DNA from: an uncultured Actinomycetota bacterium
GTDB taxonomy: Bacteria; Actinomycetota; Actinomycetes; JAFAQI01
Direction of reading: 5' to 3'
Assembly (NCBI GenBank): GCA_963770565.1
Contig: CAVYQE010000001.1
Location: 160,001 to 224,000 of the forward strand
DNA length: 64,000 nt
Made by a program: the position numbers and the translations under genes
Shown here: one piece after another, positions 35,180-46,078 of the stretch
Layout: every line of letters begins with the position of its first letter
Position numbering within the stretch: the stretch's first letter is position 1
The notes under the pieces: generated by a model
Told to the model about the DNA's origin: nothing
Databases searched by the model: none
The model's input: the letters and a program-made list of their open reading frames with translations, nothing else

Positions 35180-35219
35180 GCATATCCAACGCCGCCTAAC
35201 TCCGACCACCGGCCCCATC

Positions 35220-36548
35220 GTGATCGAGCCGCGCACACTCAAGGGCTTTCGCGACTATCTTCCCGCGGCGATGATTCCCCGCGAGCGGCTGATCGCCACG
35301 GCGCGGCGCGTCTATCGGTCGTATGGGTTCAGTCCGATCGACACGCCCGCGCTGGAGTACGAAGAAATCCTCATTGGCAAGGGCGGGGGCGAGACCGACA
35401 AGCAGATGTACCGCTTCGAGCATGGGCGGCACCGGCTGGCGATGCGGTTCGATCTGACCGTGCCGCTGGCCCGATTCGCGGCCCAACATATCGGCGAACT
35501 CGGCACGCCGTTCAAGCGCTATCACATCGCGACGGTCTGGCGCGGGGAAAACACGCAGCGCGGCCGCTATCGCGAGTTCATGCAGTGCGATTTCGACACG
35601 ATCGGCACGCTCTCGCCCGTGGCCGATATCGAAACGGCGCTGGTGATCCACGATCTGTTTTGCGCGATCGGCTTTGCCGACGCTTTCACGATCCACGTCA
35701 ACAACCGGCTGGTCTTGACCGGGCTGCTCGAGCGGCTGGGGCTGGTCGAGCACTCGGCCGAAGTGCTGCGAGCGCTCGACAAACTGCCCAAGATCGGCCC
35801 GGCGGCCGTGGCCGAGGAGATGGGCGCGACCGCCGGCACGACCGGCGAGCAGGCCGCCGCGGTGCTCAAGTTGGCCGAAATCACCGGCGACAACGATGCC
35901 ATTCTGCGGCAGATCGAGCCGCTGGTGGCCGGCAACGAAACCGGGCAAACGGGCATCGGTCGGCTTGCCGAATTGCTCGCCGCGGCGCGGGCCGCCGGAG
36001 TGCCCGACGCGCGGCTGCATCTCGACGTGGCGATCGCCCGCGGCCTGGATTACTACACGGGGACGGTGTTCGAGACGTTTCTCGACGCCCGGCCGTCGCT
36101 GGGGAGCGTCTGCTCCGGCGGGCGGTACGACAATCTGGCCGAGTTGTATACACATCAAAAACTGCCCGGCGTGGGGGCCAGTCTGGGGCTCGATCGGCTG
36201 TTGGCGGGAATGGAGGAACTCGGCATGTTGCCGCAGGTCGCCACGCCCGCCGAGATTTTCATTCCGTTGTTCGAGGCGGCCCGATTGGCCGACTATCTGA
36301 AATTGGCCGCCCGCTTGCGGGGGGCCGGCTTCGGCGTCGAGTTGTTTCCCGAGCCCAAAAAGCTCGGCCAGCAGCTCAAGTATGCCGATCGCCGCGGCTT
36401 CCGCGTGGCGCTGGTGGCGGGAGAAAACGAATTCGCCGCCGGGACGATCCAAGTCAAGAATCTCGCGACGGCCCAGAGCCAAACGGCGCCGTGGACTTCG
36501 GATGCGGCGGAGTTGATCGCGCTGTTGAAATCGCTGTTGGGAGGCTGA
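35220..36548 (+). CDS. hisS: Histidine--tRNA ligase
   Basis: LKGFRD, MRFDLTVPLAR, WRGENTQRGRYREFMQCDFD, IARGLDYYTG, GGRYD. Confidence 0.97.
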   Translation: MIEPRTLKGFRDYLPAAMIPRERLIATARRVYRSYGFSPIDTPALEYEEILIGKGGGETDKQMYRFEHGRHRLAMRFDLTVPLARFAAQHIGELGTPFKRYHIATVWRGENTQRGRYREFMQCDFDTIGTLSPVADIETALVIHDLFCAIGFADAFTIHVNNRLVLTGLLERLGLVEHSAEVLRALDKLPKIGPAAVAEEMGATAGTTGEQAAAVLKLAEITGDNDAILRQIEPLVAGNETGQTGIGRLAELLAAARAAGVPDARLHLDVAIARGLDYYTGTVFETFLDARPSLGSVCSGGRYDNLAELYTHQKLPGVGASLGLDRLLAGMEELGMLPQVATPAEIFIPLFEAARLADYLKLAARLRGAGFGVELFPEPKKLGQQLKYADRRGFRVALVAGENEFAAGTIQVKNLATAQSQTAPWTSDAAELIALLKSLLGG

Positions 36549-36589
36549 GGCGGAGCGGCGACCGCCAAGACGCCAAGGACGCCCAAGAG

Positions 36590-38950
36590 GAAATACAGCC
36601 GGCTGTACTGGCTTTTGAGTGGGTGAGGCGAAAATCATCGGGATTTGCGCATCGCCCCTTGTGGTAAGTGTAGCGGCGTTTCGGAGGCGAGAAGGGTGCC
36701 CAGCAGGCCGGGTTGCCGGTCTGGAGTGGTGGAGGTCTACGATCTGTCGCGCTGCCCGCCCCCAATGAACGCCTGAGCTATGCCTTGAAAATCCGGGGGA
36801 ACCCACTCAAGATCCGGAATACCCAGAAATGTTTTCATCTACAGATTGCATAGCGCAGCCGTCGGGCCGCAACCAAGTTTTTACACGAGGTCATGGAAAA
36901 ACCGAGACCGAGAAAGCACGGCGGCATGACAGATCAGGGACACTAATCAGCGCTAATCAGCGCTGATTAGCGCCGATTAGTGTTCCTAAAAAATGAAGCC
37001 TTTCCAGACAGCCACATTCCCAAACTTGCGGGAAAGTCGCCATGGCACGGCCTGCTTCCCCGCGGCCATCGCCTCACCCTTTGCAATTCGGACCATTCGG
37101 TGACTGTGTGGAGCGTGTCCCTGTTCATTTTCGTTCCGTTGGTTTCAAGCCGACTGACAATGAAGGATCGGCATCGACACCATCCCGGCAGGGATCAAAG
37201 ACATTAGCCGGCGGTTTCAGCCAGCGGCTGACACCGCCGGTCAGCAGGGGGACAACACCCGATTCGACCCCGCTAGGGGTCGCAGCGCACTGTCACCCCT
37301 GCGGGTGAAAAAATCGTATTTGACGATTGGCGACCGGTGGTATCGGCCTGGCGGCCTCAACCACCGGCTAATGTCTGGGAAACCCTATCGGGTTCCATGC
37401 AGCTCGACGCATCCGCTACGAGATTCCCGGACCGATAGCGGGCTGAATCCCGGGGATAAAACCCAAAAATGTTTTTCGTCCACAGATTGCGATCGCGCAG
37501 CCGCCAGGCCGCAATCAAGTTTTTACACGAGGGTCACGGAAAAACCGAGAGCGAGAAAGCACGGCGGCATGACAGATCGGGAACACTAATCCTCGCTAAT
37601 CATCGCTAATCATCGCTAATTAGAGCCGATTAGTGCCGATTAGTGCCGATTAGTGTTCCTAAAACCACGGCGTCCTTCCCCGCGGCCATCGCCTCACCCT
37701 CTGCAATTCGGACCATTCGGTGATCTGTCTGGAGCGTGTCCCTGTCCATTTTCGTTCCTTTGGTTTCAAGCCGACTGACAATGAAGGATCGGCGTCAACA
37801 CCATCCCGGCAGGGATGAAAGACATTAGCCGGCGGTTTCAGCCAACGGCTGACACCGCCGGTCAGCAGGGGACAGCCCCCGATTCGACCCGCTAGGGGTC
37901 GCAGCGCAGTGTCACCCTGCGGGTGAAAAAGTCGTATTTGATGATTGGCGACCGGTGGTATCGGCCTGGCGGCCTCAACCACCGGCTAATGTCTGGGAAA
38001 CCCTATCGGGTTCCATGCAGCTCGACGCATCCGCTACGAGATTCCCGAACAGATAGCGGGCTGAATCCCGGGGATAAAGCTCAAAAATGTTTTCATCCAC
38101 AGATTGCGTAGCGCAGCCGTCAGGCCGCAACCAAGTTTTTACACGAGGTCATGGAAAAACCGAGAGCGAGAAAACGCGGCGGCATGACAGATCAGGAACA
38201 CTAATCCTCGCTAATCATCGCTAATAGATATTAGTGCCGATTAGTGTTCCTAAAACCACGGCGTCCTTCCCCGCGGCCATCGCCTCACCCTTTGCAATTC
38301 GGACCATTCGGTGACTGTCTGGAGCGTGTCCCTGTCCGATTTTCGTTCCGTTGGTTTCAAGCCGACTGACAATGAAGGATCGGCATCGACACCATCCCGG
38401 CAGGGATGAAAGACATTAGCCGGCGGTTTCAGCCAACGGCTGACACCGCCGGTCAGCAGGGGGACAAGACCCGATCCGACCCCGGTAGGGGTCGCAGCGC
38501 ACTGTCACCCCTGCGGGGTGAAAAAATCGTATTTGATGATTGGCGACCGGTGGTATCGGCCTGGCGGCCTCAACCACCGGCTCATGTCTGGGAAACCCTA
38601 TCGGGTTGCATGCAGCTCGATGCGTCCGCTACGAGATTCCCGGACCGATAGTGGGGTGAATCCCGGGGATAAAGCCCAAAAATGTTTTTCATCCACAGAT
38701 TGCATAGCGCAGCCGTCAGGCCGCAACCAAGTTTTTACACGAGGTCATGGAAAAACCGAGAGCGAGAAAGCACGGCGGCATGACAGATCGGGAACACTAA
38801 TCATCGCTAATCGGCGCTAATCAGCGCGAATCAGCGCCGATTAGTGTTCCTAAAACCGACTGTAACTGGGTTTTGAGTGGGTGACACGAAAATCCTCGTG
38901 ATTCGCGCATCCCCTCTTGTGGTAAGCATTGCGGTGTTTCGGAGGCGAGG
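36590..38950. repeat. About 2.3 kb composite repeat region including three ~600 bp tandem units
   Basis: Unit anchors cacggc..cttccccgcggccatcgcctcaccct at 37046, 37666, 38257; flanked by family F segments. Confidence 0.9.
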
Positions 38951-39071
38951 GTTGTTTGTCCACGATTGTCGGCGATTGCGGTCATTGCGCCATCCCCGCC
39001 CAAAACTCCGGGCAGAGAAGAGGAACCCGTGTCCGTGTGGTATGATACGGACCGGAGATCGAGTGATTCTC

Positions 39072-39632
39072 ATGGCCAATCGCGAAAATCCCTACGAAGC
39101 GGCGTTCGAGGAGTATCTCCGCGCGCGGAGGATTCCCTATGTCGCCGTCAACGAATCGAAGCGGAGCCTGTGGGGGGACGGGTCGCTCAAGAGCTTGGAT
39201 TTCATCGTCTCGGTAGCGGAGGGCACCTCCTGGCTGATCGACATCAAAGGGCGGCGATTCCCAACCGCCTCCGGCGAGGGAAAGCAATACTGGAAGAATT
39301 GGTCAACGCGCGACGATCTGCGGAGCCTGGCAGCCTGGCAGCGGCTGTTCGGCGGCGGATTTCACAGCCTGCTGGTCTTCGCCTACGACGTGCTCGGGGA
39401 TCGCGCCCCGCTGCCGGCCGAGCAATTGTTCGAGCATCGCGGGGCGCTGTATGGCTTCGTCGCGCTGCGGCTCGAGGATTATGCGTTCCATGCCCGGCCG
39501 ATCTCGCTGGCCTGGGACACGGTGGCCATGCCGACCGCCATTTTTCGGCAGTCGGCCATTCCGATCGATGCGCTCTTCGGCGGGCCATCGCCGGCCACGC
39601 CCGTGGAATCGCCCCGCAAGCTGCCAGCCTAA
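39072..39632 (+). CDS. HYExAFE-family protein (putative PD-(D/E)XK nuclease fold)
   Basis: NPYEAAFEEYLR, SLKSLDFIV, WLIDIKGRRFP, WKNWSTRDDL. Confidence 0.75.
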   Translation: MANRENPYEAAFEEYLRARRIPYVAVNESKRSLWGDGSLKSLDFIVSVAEGTSWLIDIKGRRFPTASGEGKQYWKNWSTRDDLRSLAAWQRLFGGGFHSLLVFAYDVLGDRAPLPAEQLFEHRGALYGFVALRLEDYAFHARPISLAWDTVAMPTAIFRQSAIPIDALFGGPSPATPVESPRKLPA

Positions 39633-39891
39633 GCGCCGCCTGACGAACGCCGCCCGCCCTCCACCCTCGGCTCCCTGCTCCCCGCTCCCTGCTCTCTGCT
39701 CCCTGCTCTCTGCTCCCTGCTCCCCGTTATTTCTCCGATTGGTCTTCTCTCGGGCACACGTTTTTGGTATCTACGCGGCACCGAAGGCCGGTTTGCCCTG
39801 TGACGGGCGGAACCGGCGCATTTCCCTCGCCCGCAATATCGGTCGGGCAATCCAATTCTGGCTTGATTCCTTTTCCGTGGGGACTCTCCCG

Positions 39892-42123
39892 ATGAAACGG
39901 TGGTTGCTGCGCCTCTCCGCGCTTTCCGGGGTCGTTGTTTTGGGTCTGTTCGCTATCGCTCAAGCGCAACGGAGCACGGCGGCGACCGACAATCTGGCGG
40001 TCGATCCTCCGGCCACCGCTCCCCTGACGTTGCCGGCCGAGGGAGCGAGCCCGCGCGCAGCTCGAGACATCGATCCGCCCAACCGCTTCAGCGCGGATTC
40101 GACGGCCCGGATCATCTCGATCGAGGATCAACCCGCGCGGCGGCTCCGCCCGGACGCTCCGGCGCCCCGCGGCGCCGATGGGGTCGCCGACGGCGCCCTC
40201 GCTCCGGGCGATCCCTTCAATTTGCATGATCGGGCGGCGCCGGCCGCCGCCCCGGATCGCTTTCCCGCCGCACAGGTTACCGCCGCCTATCCGGCCGACC
40301 CTGCGCCGGCCGCCGACGGCTCGCGCGGGGCAGCGCCTGAAGGACGCGGCGACGGAAGTTCGATCTATGGCAATGGGGGTCGAGCCCCTCGTTCCGATCG
40401 CAGCGAGGTCCGCCCGGTCGCCGCCACGGCGCCGGCGGCGACCTTCGACGATCGCGACGCGCGGCCGCTCGCCGGCCATCCCGATTTCGAGCCGGCTCGA
40501 ATCCCGCCGGCCGACGGCGCGGCGCCGAGGGCGTTGCCAGCGGCCGAAGGCCGCGACATCGGCGCCGATGAGCGCAGTCCCGCGGCTGGCGGCGGCAGGG
40601 GAAGCCCTTTTGGGTCCGACCGGTCAGCCACCAGTTCGGTCATGAAGGGCGACAGCGACTCGAACCATGCATTGCATTCGACGGCGGACGATTCCGCTTC
40701 GGCGACGCCCGCCGCGGTGGAAGGGACGGGGCGTCCCGGCGTCAAGCAGCTCGAAGGCCCGCAATCGCCCCATCTGACGATCGAAAAAACCGCGCCCGCC
40801 GAGGTGCAAATCGGCAAGCCGGCCAAATTCGAAATCAAAATCCGCAACGACGGCAACGTGGCCGCCGAGGGGATCGAGATTCGCGACGAGGTGCCCAAGG
40901 GAACGCGATTGATCGCGACGACGCCCGCCGCGTCGGTCGGCCCGCGCGGGCAATTGAGTTGGTCGTTCAATACGCTCAACCCCGGCGAGCAGTTGGTCGC
41001 GCAGCTCGAACTCATGCCGATCGCCGAAGGGGAGATCGGCAGCGTGGCCAGCGTCACGTTTCGGGCGGAAGCCTCGGCCCGCGCCCTCGCCACGCGGCCG
41101 CAGCTTGCCCTGCAGGTCACTGCGCCCAAACAAGTGATGATCGGCAGCGATGCCCGGCTCGTGATTCGGCTGAGCAATCCGGGCACCGGCGCCGCCAGCG
41201 GCGTCGTGCTCTCCGAGCGCGTGCCGGCCGGATTGAAACATCCCGCCGGCAGCGAACTCGAATTCGACGTCGGCACGCTCAAGCCGGGCGAATCGCGGCA
41301 AATCGAACTTGCGCTCAATGCCGTTCAAGCCGGCCATGCGACGAACGTGCTCACGGCCCACGGCGATGGAAATCTCAAGGCCCAAGAGCGGGCCGACATC
41401 CAAGTGATTGCTCCGGCCCTGGCCGTGGCGATGACCGGCCCGTCGCGGCGCTATTTGGAGCGGCAAGCGACCTACACCGTGTCGGTCTCGAATCCCGGCA
41501 CGGCCCCGGCCAAAGACGTGCAGCTCGTCACGCAACTGCCCAAGGGGATGAAATTCGTCAAGGCCAACAACTCCGGCCAATTCGATCCCAATACGAACAC
41601 GGTGACCTGGAGCCTCGAGGAACTGCCGGCCACCGAAACGGGGAGCGTCAGCCTGGTGGCCGTTCCCGTCGAGATCGGCGAGCAGCGGTTGACGGTTCAG
41701 GGGAAGGCGCGGCAGGGATTGAGCGCCGAAAAGGAGCAAACCGTGGTCGTCGAAGGGTTGGCGTCGTTGGCGTTCGAGGTGCAGGGCGCCGATGAAGCGA
41801 TCGAAATCGGCGGCGAAACGACCTATCAGATTCACGTCGTCAATCAGGGGTCGAAGGGGGCCAGCAACGTCCGGATCACCGCCATCTTCCCCCCCGAACT
41901 CAAGGCGCTGCGGGCCGAAGGGCCCACCCGCGAGTCGGTCGAGGACCATCGCGTCGGCTTCGAGCCGATCGCCCGGCTGGCGCCCAAGGCGGAAGCCACG
42001 TTCCGGATTCGGGCTCAAGCCTTGAAGGCCGGCGATCTGCGCGTCAAGGTGCAGATCACCAGCGATGACGCCCGGCAGCCGATTCTCAAGGAAGAGAGCA
42101 CGCGGGTCTATACGGACCATTAG
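39892..42123 (+). CDS. Exported DUF11 (Ig-like repeat) protein with low-complexity N-terminal half
   Basis: Signal/anchor MKRWLLRLSAL...; repeated I.V.N.G...A..V...D..P.G units. Confidence 0.85.
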   Translation: MKRWLLRLSALSGVVVLGLFAIAQAQRSTAATDNLAVDPPATAPLTLPAEGASPRAARDIDPPNRFSADSTARIISIEDQPARRLRPDAPAPRGADGVADGALAPGDPFNLHDRAAPAAAPDRFPAAQVTAAYPADPAPAADGSRGAAPEGRGDGSSIYGNGGRAPRSDRSEVRPVAATAPAATFDDRDARPLAGHPDFEPARIPPADGAAPRALPAAEGRDIGADERSPAAGGGRGSPFGSDRSATSSVMKGDSDSNHALHSTADDSASATPAAVEGTGRPGVKQLEGPQSPHLTIEKTAPAEVQIGKPAKFEIKIRNDGNVAAEGIEIRDEVPKGTRLIATTPAASVGPRGQLSWSFNTLNPGEQLVAQLELMPIAEGEIGSVASVTFRAEASARALATRPQLALQVTAPKQVMIGSDARLVIRLSNPGTGAASGVVLSERVPAGLKHPAGSELEFDVGTLKPGESRQIELALNAVQAGHATNVLTAHGDGNLKAQERADIQVIAPALAVAMTGPSRRYLERQATYTVSVSNPGTAPAKDVQLVTQLPKGMKFVKANNSGQFDPNTNTVTWSLEELPATETGSVSLVAVPVEIGEQRLTVQGKARQGLSAEKEQTVVVEGLASLAFEVQGADEAIEIGGETTYQIHVVNQGSKGASNVRITAIFPPELKALRAEGPTRESVEDHRVGFEPIARLAPKAEATFRIRAQALKAGDLRVKVQITSDDARQPILKEESTRVYTDH

Positions 42124-42207
42124 TCGCGTCTCTGCGGACCGATGCGGTCCGGCGAACCGTAGCGGCTGGGGCGGACCGTGCGGCTGGAGCGAACCTTGCG
42201 GCTGGGG

Positions 42208-42855
42208 TCGGCCGTGAAAAATCAGCCGGGCGAGAGTTCGAAAGTTTATCCTCTATTTGTTCCGCTCACACGCGCGGCGTGGTCGAGCGATGCTGTTTCG
42301 ATAGACCGAAAGTTGCCGCCGGCTTTTTCAAGTAGCCGCGGCATTTGCGCCCGCGGACTCGGCAGGGAAAGAACGTCGGCAGCCCGCTCGGGAGCCGGAA
42401 AAGTCGTCGAGTTGGCGGCGTTCGGCTTTTCGATTTGCTTATGCGAAAATCCGCGAAAATCCGCGCAATCCGCGGCAAGAAACAAGCATCTTTTTGCCGC
42501 GGATTTCGCGGATTTTCGCGGATCGAGGAAAGCGCGGCAGTCGTCAGCGGGTTTCGCTTCGGCGCTTCAACCCTGAGGCCGTTTTGTCGATGGTGGCCGC
42601 GCACCTCTGGTTCGCAAGTGGCTAAAGCCGGCACGAGACGGGTAAGTCCCCTGAAGGGGACTGCAATCGCCGGAGGGAGGACGCAGTCCCAGGCATAAAT
42701 GCCGGGGCTACATATAGGGCGGGGGCCGAGGCGACGCGAGACCGACGGGTCGGCCACGACTCGGGTTGATTCCGAAGCGCACGGCGCGCGGAACAAAAAC
42801 CAACCAAACCACCCCACCCCGGCGCCGCAACAAATCGAGCATTTTTCACAGACTA
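42208..42855. mobile_element. Non-autonomous MITE, family 1 (648 bp)
   Basis: Ends tcggccgtgaaaaat / atttttcacagacta; flanks CGGCTGGGG and CGGCTGGCG (8/9 match). Confidence 0.8.
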
Positions 42856-43072
42856 CGGCTGGCGCGAACCGGCGTTGCCCCTGGCAAGGCTGCCCGAACT
42901 CGCTACAATACCAACGGGCGGGGCGGATCCTTGGCATCTTGATTGGCGCGGCAAGCTCGGCGGCGCTGCGCGACCGGCTGGGCCTCGCCAAGCGCGACCG
43001 CCTGCCCGATCGGACCTGCCATTCCCGCTCCGAAATTCCGCTCGGCAATCCTCCGACCCTCGACTTTCCGTC

Positions 43073-44200
43073 ATGCACTCGCCGCTGGCCAAAACGCCGC
43101 TTTACGATTGGCACGCCGCCCACGGCGGGAAGCTGGTGGATTTCGCCGGCTGGTCGATGCCCGTGCATTATGGCTCGATCGTGGCCGAGCATCGGGCGAC
43201 GCGCGCCGCCGCCGGGCTGTTCGACGTCTCGCACATGGGCCGGCTGAGATTCGCGGGCCCGGGCGGAGGAGAGTTTCTCGAATCGCTCCTGACCCGCCGC
43301 GTCGCCGACATGGCGATCGGGCAGATTCGCTATGCGCTGGTGACGAACGACGCCGGGGGCATTCTCGACGACGTGCTCGTCTATCGGCTCGCGGATTCCG
43401 GCGCCACGCCGCTGCATCTGCTGGTCGTCAATGCCAGTAACCGCCATAAGATTCTCAATTGGGTCCGGTTTCGCTTGTCGGGCCGCTACGACGTGCTGCT
43501 CAACGACGTAACGTCCGATACGGCCATGATCGCCCTGCAAGGGCCGCTGGCGCTCGAACTGGCCCAGCCGCTGGTGTCGGCCGAACTCGCCGCCATCAAG
43601 TATTATCATGGACAGCCGGCCGAAGTGGCCGGCCAGCGGACCATCGTCAGCCGCACGGGCTATACGGGCGAGGACGGCATCGAACTGATCGTTCCCGCCG
43701 CCGCCGCGGTCGGCATCTGGGAAAAGCTGCTGGCCGCCGGGAAAGACCGCGGGGTGCTGGCCGCCGGCCTGGGGGCTCGCGACACGCTGCGGCTCGAAGC
43801 GGCGATGCCGCTCTACGGCCATGAACTTTCGGAAACGATCGATCCGCTCGAGGCCGGGCTCGGGTTTGCCGTCAATTTGGAAAACCGGATGTTTCCCGGC
43901 CGCGATGCGCTGGCCAAGATCAAGCAAGCGCCGTTGCCGCGGGTGCGCATCGGGCTGGAACTTTCGGGCAAGCGCGTCCCGCGCGAGCATTATCCGATCG
44001 TCGGCGGCGCCGCCGCTACGAGCCCTGCGATCGGGGAAGTGACCAGCGGCACGTTTTCGCCGACGTTCGACCGCCCGATCGCGATGGGCTACGTGCAGCC
44101 CGATCGGGCCGAGCCGGGGTCGGAACTGTTCGTCAACGTGCGGGGGCAGGCCGAGCCGGCGCGCGTCGTGAAGCTGCCCTTTTATCGCCGCAAATCGTAA
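43073..44200 (+). CDS. gcvT: Glycine cleavage system T protein (aminomethyltransferase)
   Basis: KTPLYDWH, FDVSHMG, SRTGYTGEDG, GLGARDTLRLEA. Confidence 0.97.
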   Translation: MHSPLAKTPLYDWHAAHGGKLVDFAGWSMPVHYGSIVAEHRATRAAAGLFDVSHMGRLRFAGPGGGEFLESLLTRRVADMAIGQIRYALVTNDAGGILDDVLVYRLADSGATPLHLLVVNASNRHKILNWVRFRLSGRYDVLLNDVTSDTAMIALQGPLALELAQPLVSAELAAIKYYHGQPAEVAGQRTIVSRTGYTGEDGIELIVPAAAAVGIWEKLLAAGKDRGVLAAGLGARDTLRLEAAMPLYGHELSETIDPLEAGLGFAVNLENRMFPGRDALAKIKQAPLPRVRIGLELSGKRVPREHYPIVGGAAATSPAIGEVTSGTFSPTFDRPIAMGYVQPDRAEPGSELFVNVRGQAEPARVVKLPFYRRKS

Positions 44201-44290
44201 CGGCGGCGCAAGATCGTCGCCCGGCGGCGCGGTTTTTTTGCCACGAAGAGCATAACCCTCAGCAACACACGACCTCCGAGGTTCGAACCC

Positions 44291-44693
44291 ATGAAACCCG
44301 AACAATTGCTCTACGCCAAAACGCATGAATGGGTCGCGATCGAGCCCGCTGCGAGCGGCGAGAAGGTCGCGACGATCGGCGTCTCGGCCTTCGCCGTCGA
44401 ATCGCTCACCGATCTGGTCTTCATGCAGCTTCCCGAAGTCGGCCGCCAGGTGACGCGCCGGCGAAGCGTTCGGCGAGATCGAGTCGGTCAAAGCGGTCAG
44501 CGATCTGTACAGCCCCGTGACCGGACAGGTGATCGCCGTGAACGACGCGCTGCCGAACAAACTGGAAACGCTCTCGAGCGACCCCTTCGGCGCGGGCTGG
44601 ATCGCAAAAATCAAGATCACCGACGACGCCTCGCTCCAAGGGCTGATGGACTTCACGGCCTATCAAAAGCAGTGCGCGGAAGAAGCGCACTGA
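44291..44693 (+). CDS. gcvH: Glycine cleavage system H protein (frameshift near 44455)
   Basis: YAKTHEWV, then FGEIESVKAVSDLYSPVTG in the shifted frame. Confidence 0.93.
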
Positions 44694-44743
44694 CTCCAAG
44701 CCCATCGACGGAATCGCAGTCCTCGCTTTCGAAGGACTTCATT

Positions 44744-46078
44744 ATGCGCCTGAAGGAAATCGGCATAAACAAGCTGTTTCGGTTGTTCGATTACCGAATT
44801 CCGCTGAACATGAACGATCGAATCACCATCATTCACGGGCCGAACGGCTACGGAAAGACGGCGATTCTCCGCCTGACGGCCGGGCTGCTCGACGGCCGAT
44901 ACTCCGCCTTGCGCCAATTGCCTTTCGAATCGCTTTCTCTGACGTTTGACGATGAATCGATATTAACCGTCACAAGGGAAGATAGTATCCAACACAACGG
45001 CAACCGCGCTCGTCGCCCGGTGCTTACCCTGCAGTATCCGCCGCATCGCTCGTTCAGGATCCCGGAATCGGTTTCCGCCGATCGACAATTGCCGTTTCCG
45101 CTGTCCGCAATCGATTCGATGATTCCCGAACTGGAGCGCGTCGGCCCGCAGCAATGGGTCGTTTTATCCACGGATGAGATTCTCGATTTGGAGGAATTGC
45201 TGCTCCGATATTCCGACACACTTCCGATCGAGCCCGGAACGTGGTCGAAGACGCCTGAATGGTTGATGGAACTTCGGGCGTCGATCCCCGTCCATCTCAT
45301 TCAAGCCAATCGCCTCGAGCGTCTTGACGACTCGGTGCCGCCGCGTTGGCCTCTCTCGGAACGCCGGTTCAGGCCGGTCACGGCGGTCGCAAAATACTCG
45401 GCCGAACTCGCATCGCGCATCCAGCAAACGCTCGCGCAATACGCCGCCCTCTCGCAATCGCTGGATCGCTCCTTTCCGCAAAGACTGGTCGGCGCCCCCG
45501 GTCAACCCCAGCTAGAGCGCACGCTGATCAATCAACGGCTTTCCGAATTGGAGAACAAGCGCACTCGGTTGACCGAGGCGGGCCTTCTCGACAAAGAAGA
45601 AAAGTCGCATTTCGATCTACCGTCGTCGTTCGACGAATCGAAAATCGACGTGCTGTCGGTGTATATCGCCGACGCGGAAAAGAAATTGGCCGTATTCGAC
45701 GACCTGTTCCGGAGAATCAGCCTGTTCAAGTCGATTATCACGCCGCGGTTTGCGTATAAATCCATCGCCATGAACAAAGACGACGGTTTTGTGTTCGAAA
45801 CGCGCGACGGACAAGTCTTGGCTCCGACTGGCCTCTCGACGGGCGAGCAACATGAAATCGTGTTGCTCTACGAATTATTGTTCAAGGTCGAGCCCAACTC
45901 GTTGATTCTGATCGACGAGCCGGAAATCTCGCTGCATGTCGCCTGGCAGGAGCAGTTTTTGAGCGACATCGAACAGATTACCGAAATCTCTCGATTCGAC
46001 GTGCTGATTGCCACGCATTCGCCGCAAATCATCAGCAATCGGTGGGACTTGACCGTGAAACTCAAGGGTCCGAAATGA
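44744..46078 (+). CDS. ABC/AAA_21-type ATPase (PARIS AriA-like)
   Basis: IIHGPNGYGKT Walker A, LSTGEQ signature, LILIDEPEISLH Walker B, IATHSPQII; intact ORF. Confidence 0.85.
   Translation: MRLKEIGINKLFRLFDYRIPLNMNDRITIIHGPNGYGKTAILRLTAGLLDGRYSALRQLPFESLSLTFDDESILTVTREDSIQHNGNRARRPVLTLQYPPHRSFRIPESVSADRQLPFPLSAIDSMIPELERVGPQQWVVLSTDEILDLEELLLRYSDTLPIEPGTWSKTPEWLMELRASIPVHLIQANRLERLDDSVPPRWPLSERRFRPVTAVAKYSAELASRIQQTLAQYAALSQSLDRSFPQRLVGAPGQPQLERTLINQRLSELENKRTRLTEAGLLDKEEKSHFDLPSSFDESKIDVLSVYIADAEKKLAVFDDLFRRISLFKSIITPRFAYKSIAMNKDDGFVFETRDGQVLAPTGLSTGEQHEIVLLYELLFKVEPNSLILIDEPEISLHVAWQEQFLSDIEQITEISRFDVLIATHSPQIISNRWDLTVKLKGPK

Noticed and set aside
37305-38820. Repeated small ORFs MKKSYL..IGDRWYRPGG as a protein family
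   Set aside because: They start and stop inconsistently among copies and simply translate palindromic repeat DNA.
42860-43072. Glycine riboswitch upstream of gcvT
   Set aside because: I could not see the GGAGA...CCGAAG aptamer core; a covariance-model search would be needed to exclude it fully.
40624-44656. Long antisense ORFs (498 aa, 796 aa) and similar ones opposite hisS, jetA and the HlyD gene
   Set aside because: Shadow ORFs typical of high-GC coding strands, with no recognisable motifs.
44291-46078. GcvH-ATPase fusion protein (595 aa ORF)
   Set aside because: GcvH continues in another frame after about 44455 and stops at 44693; the fusion arises from an indel.
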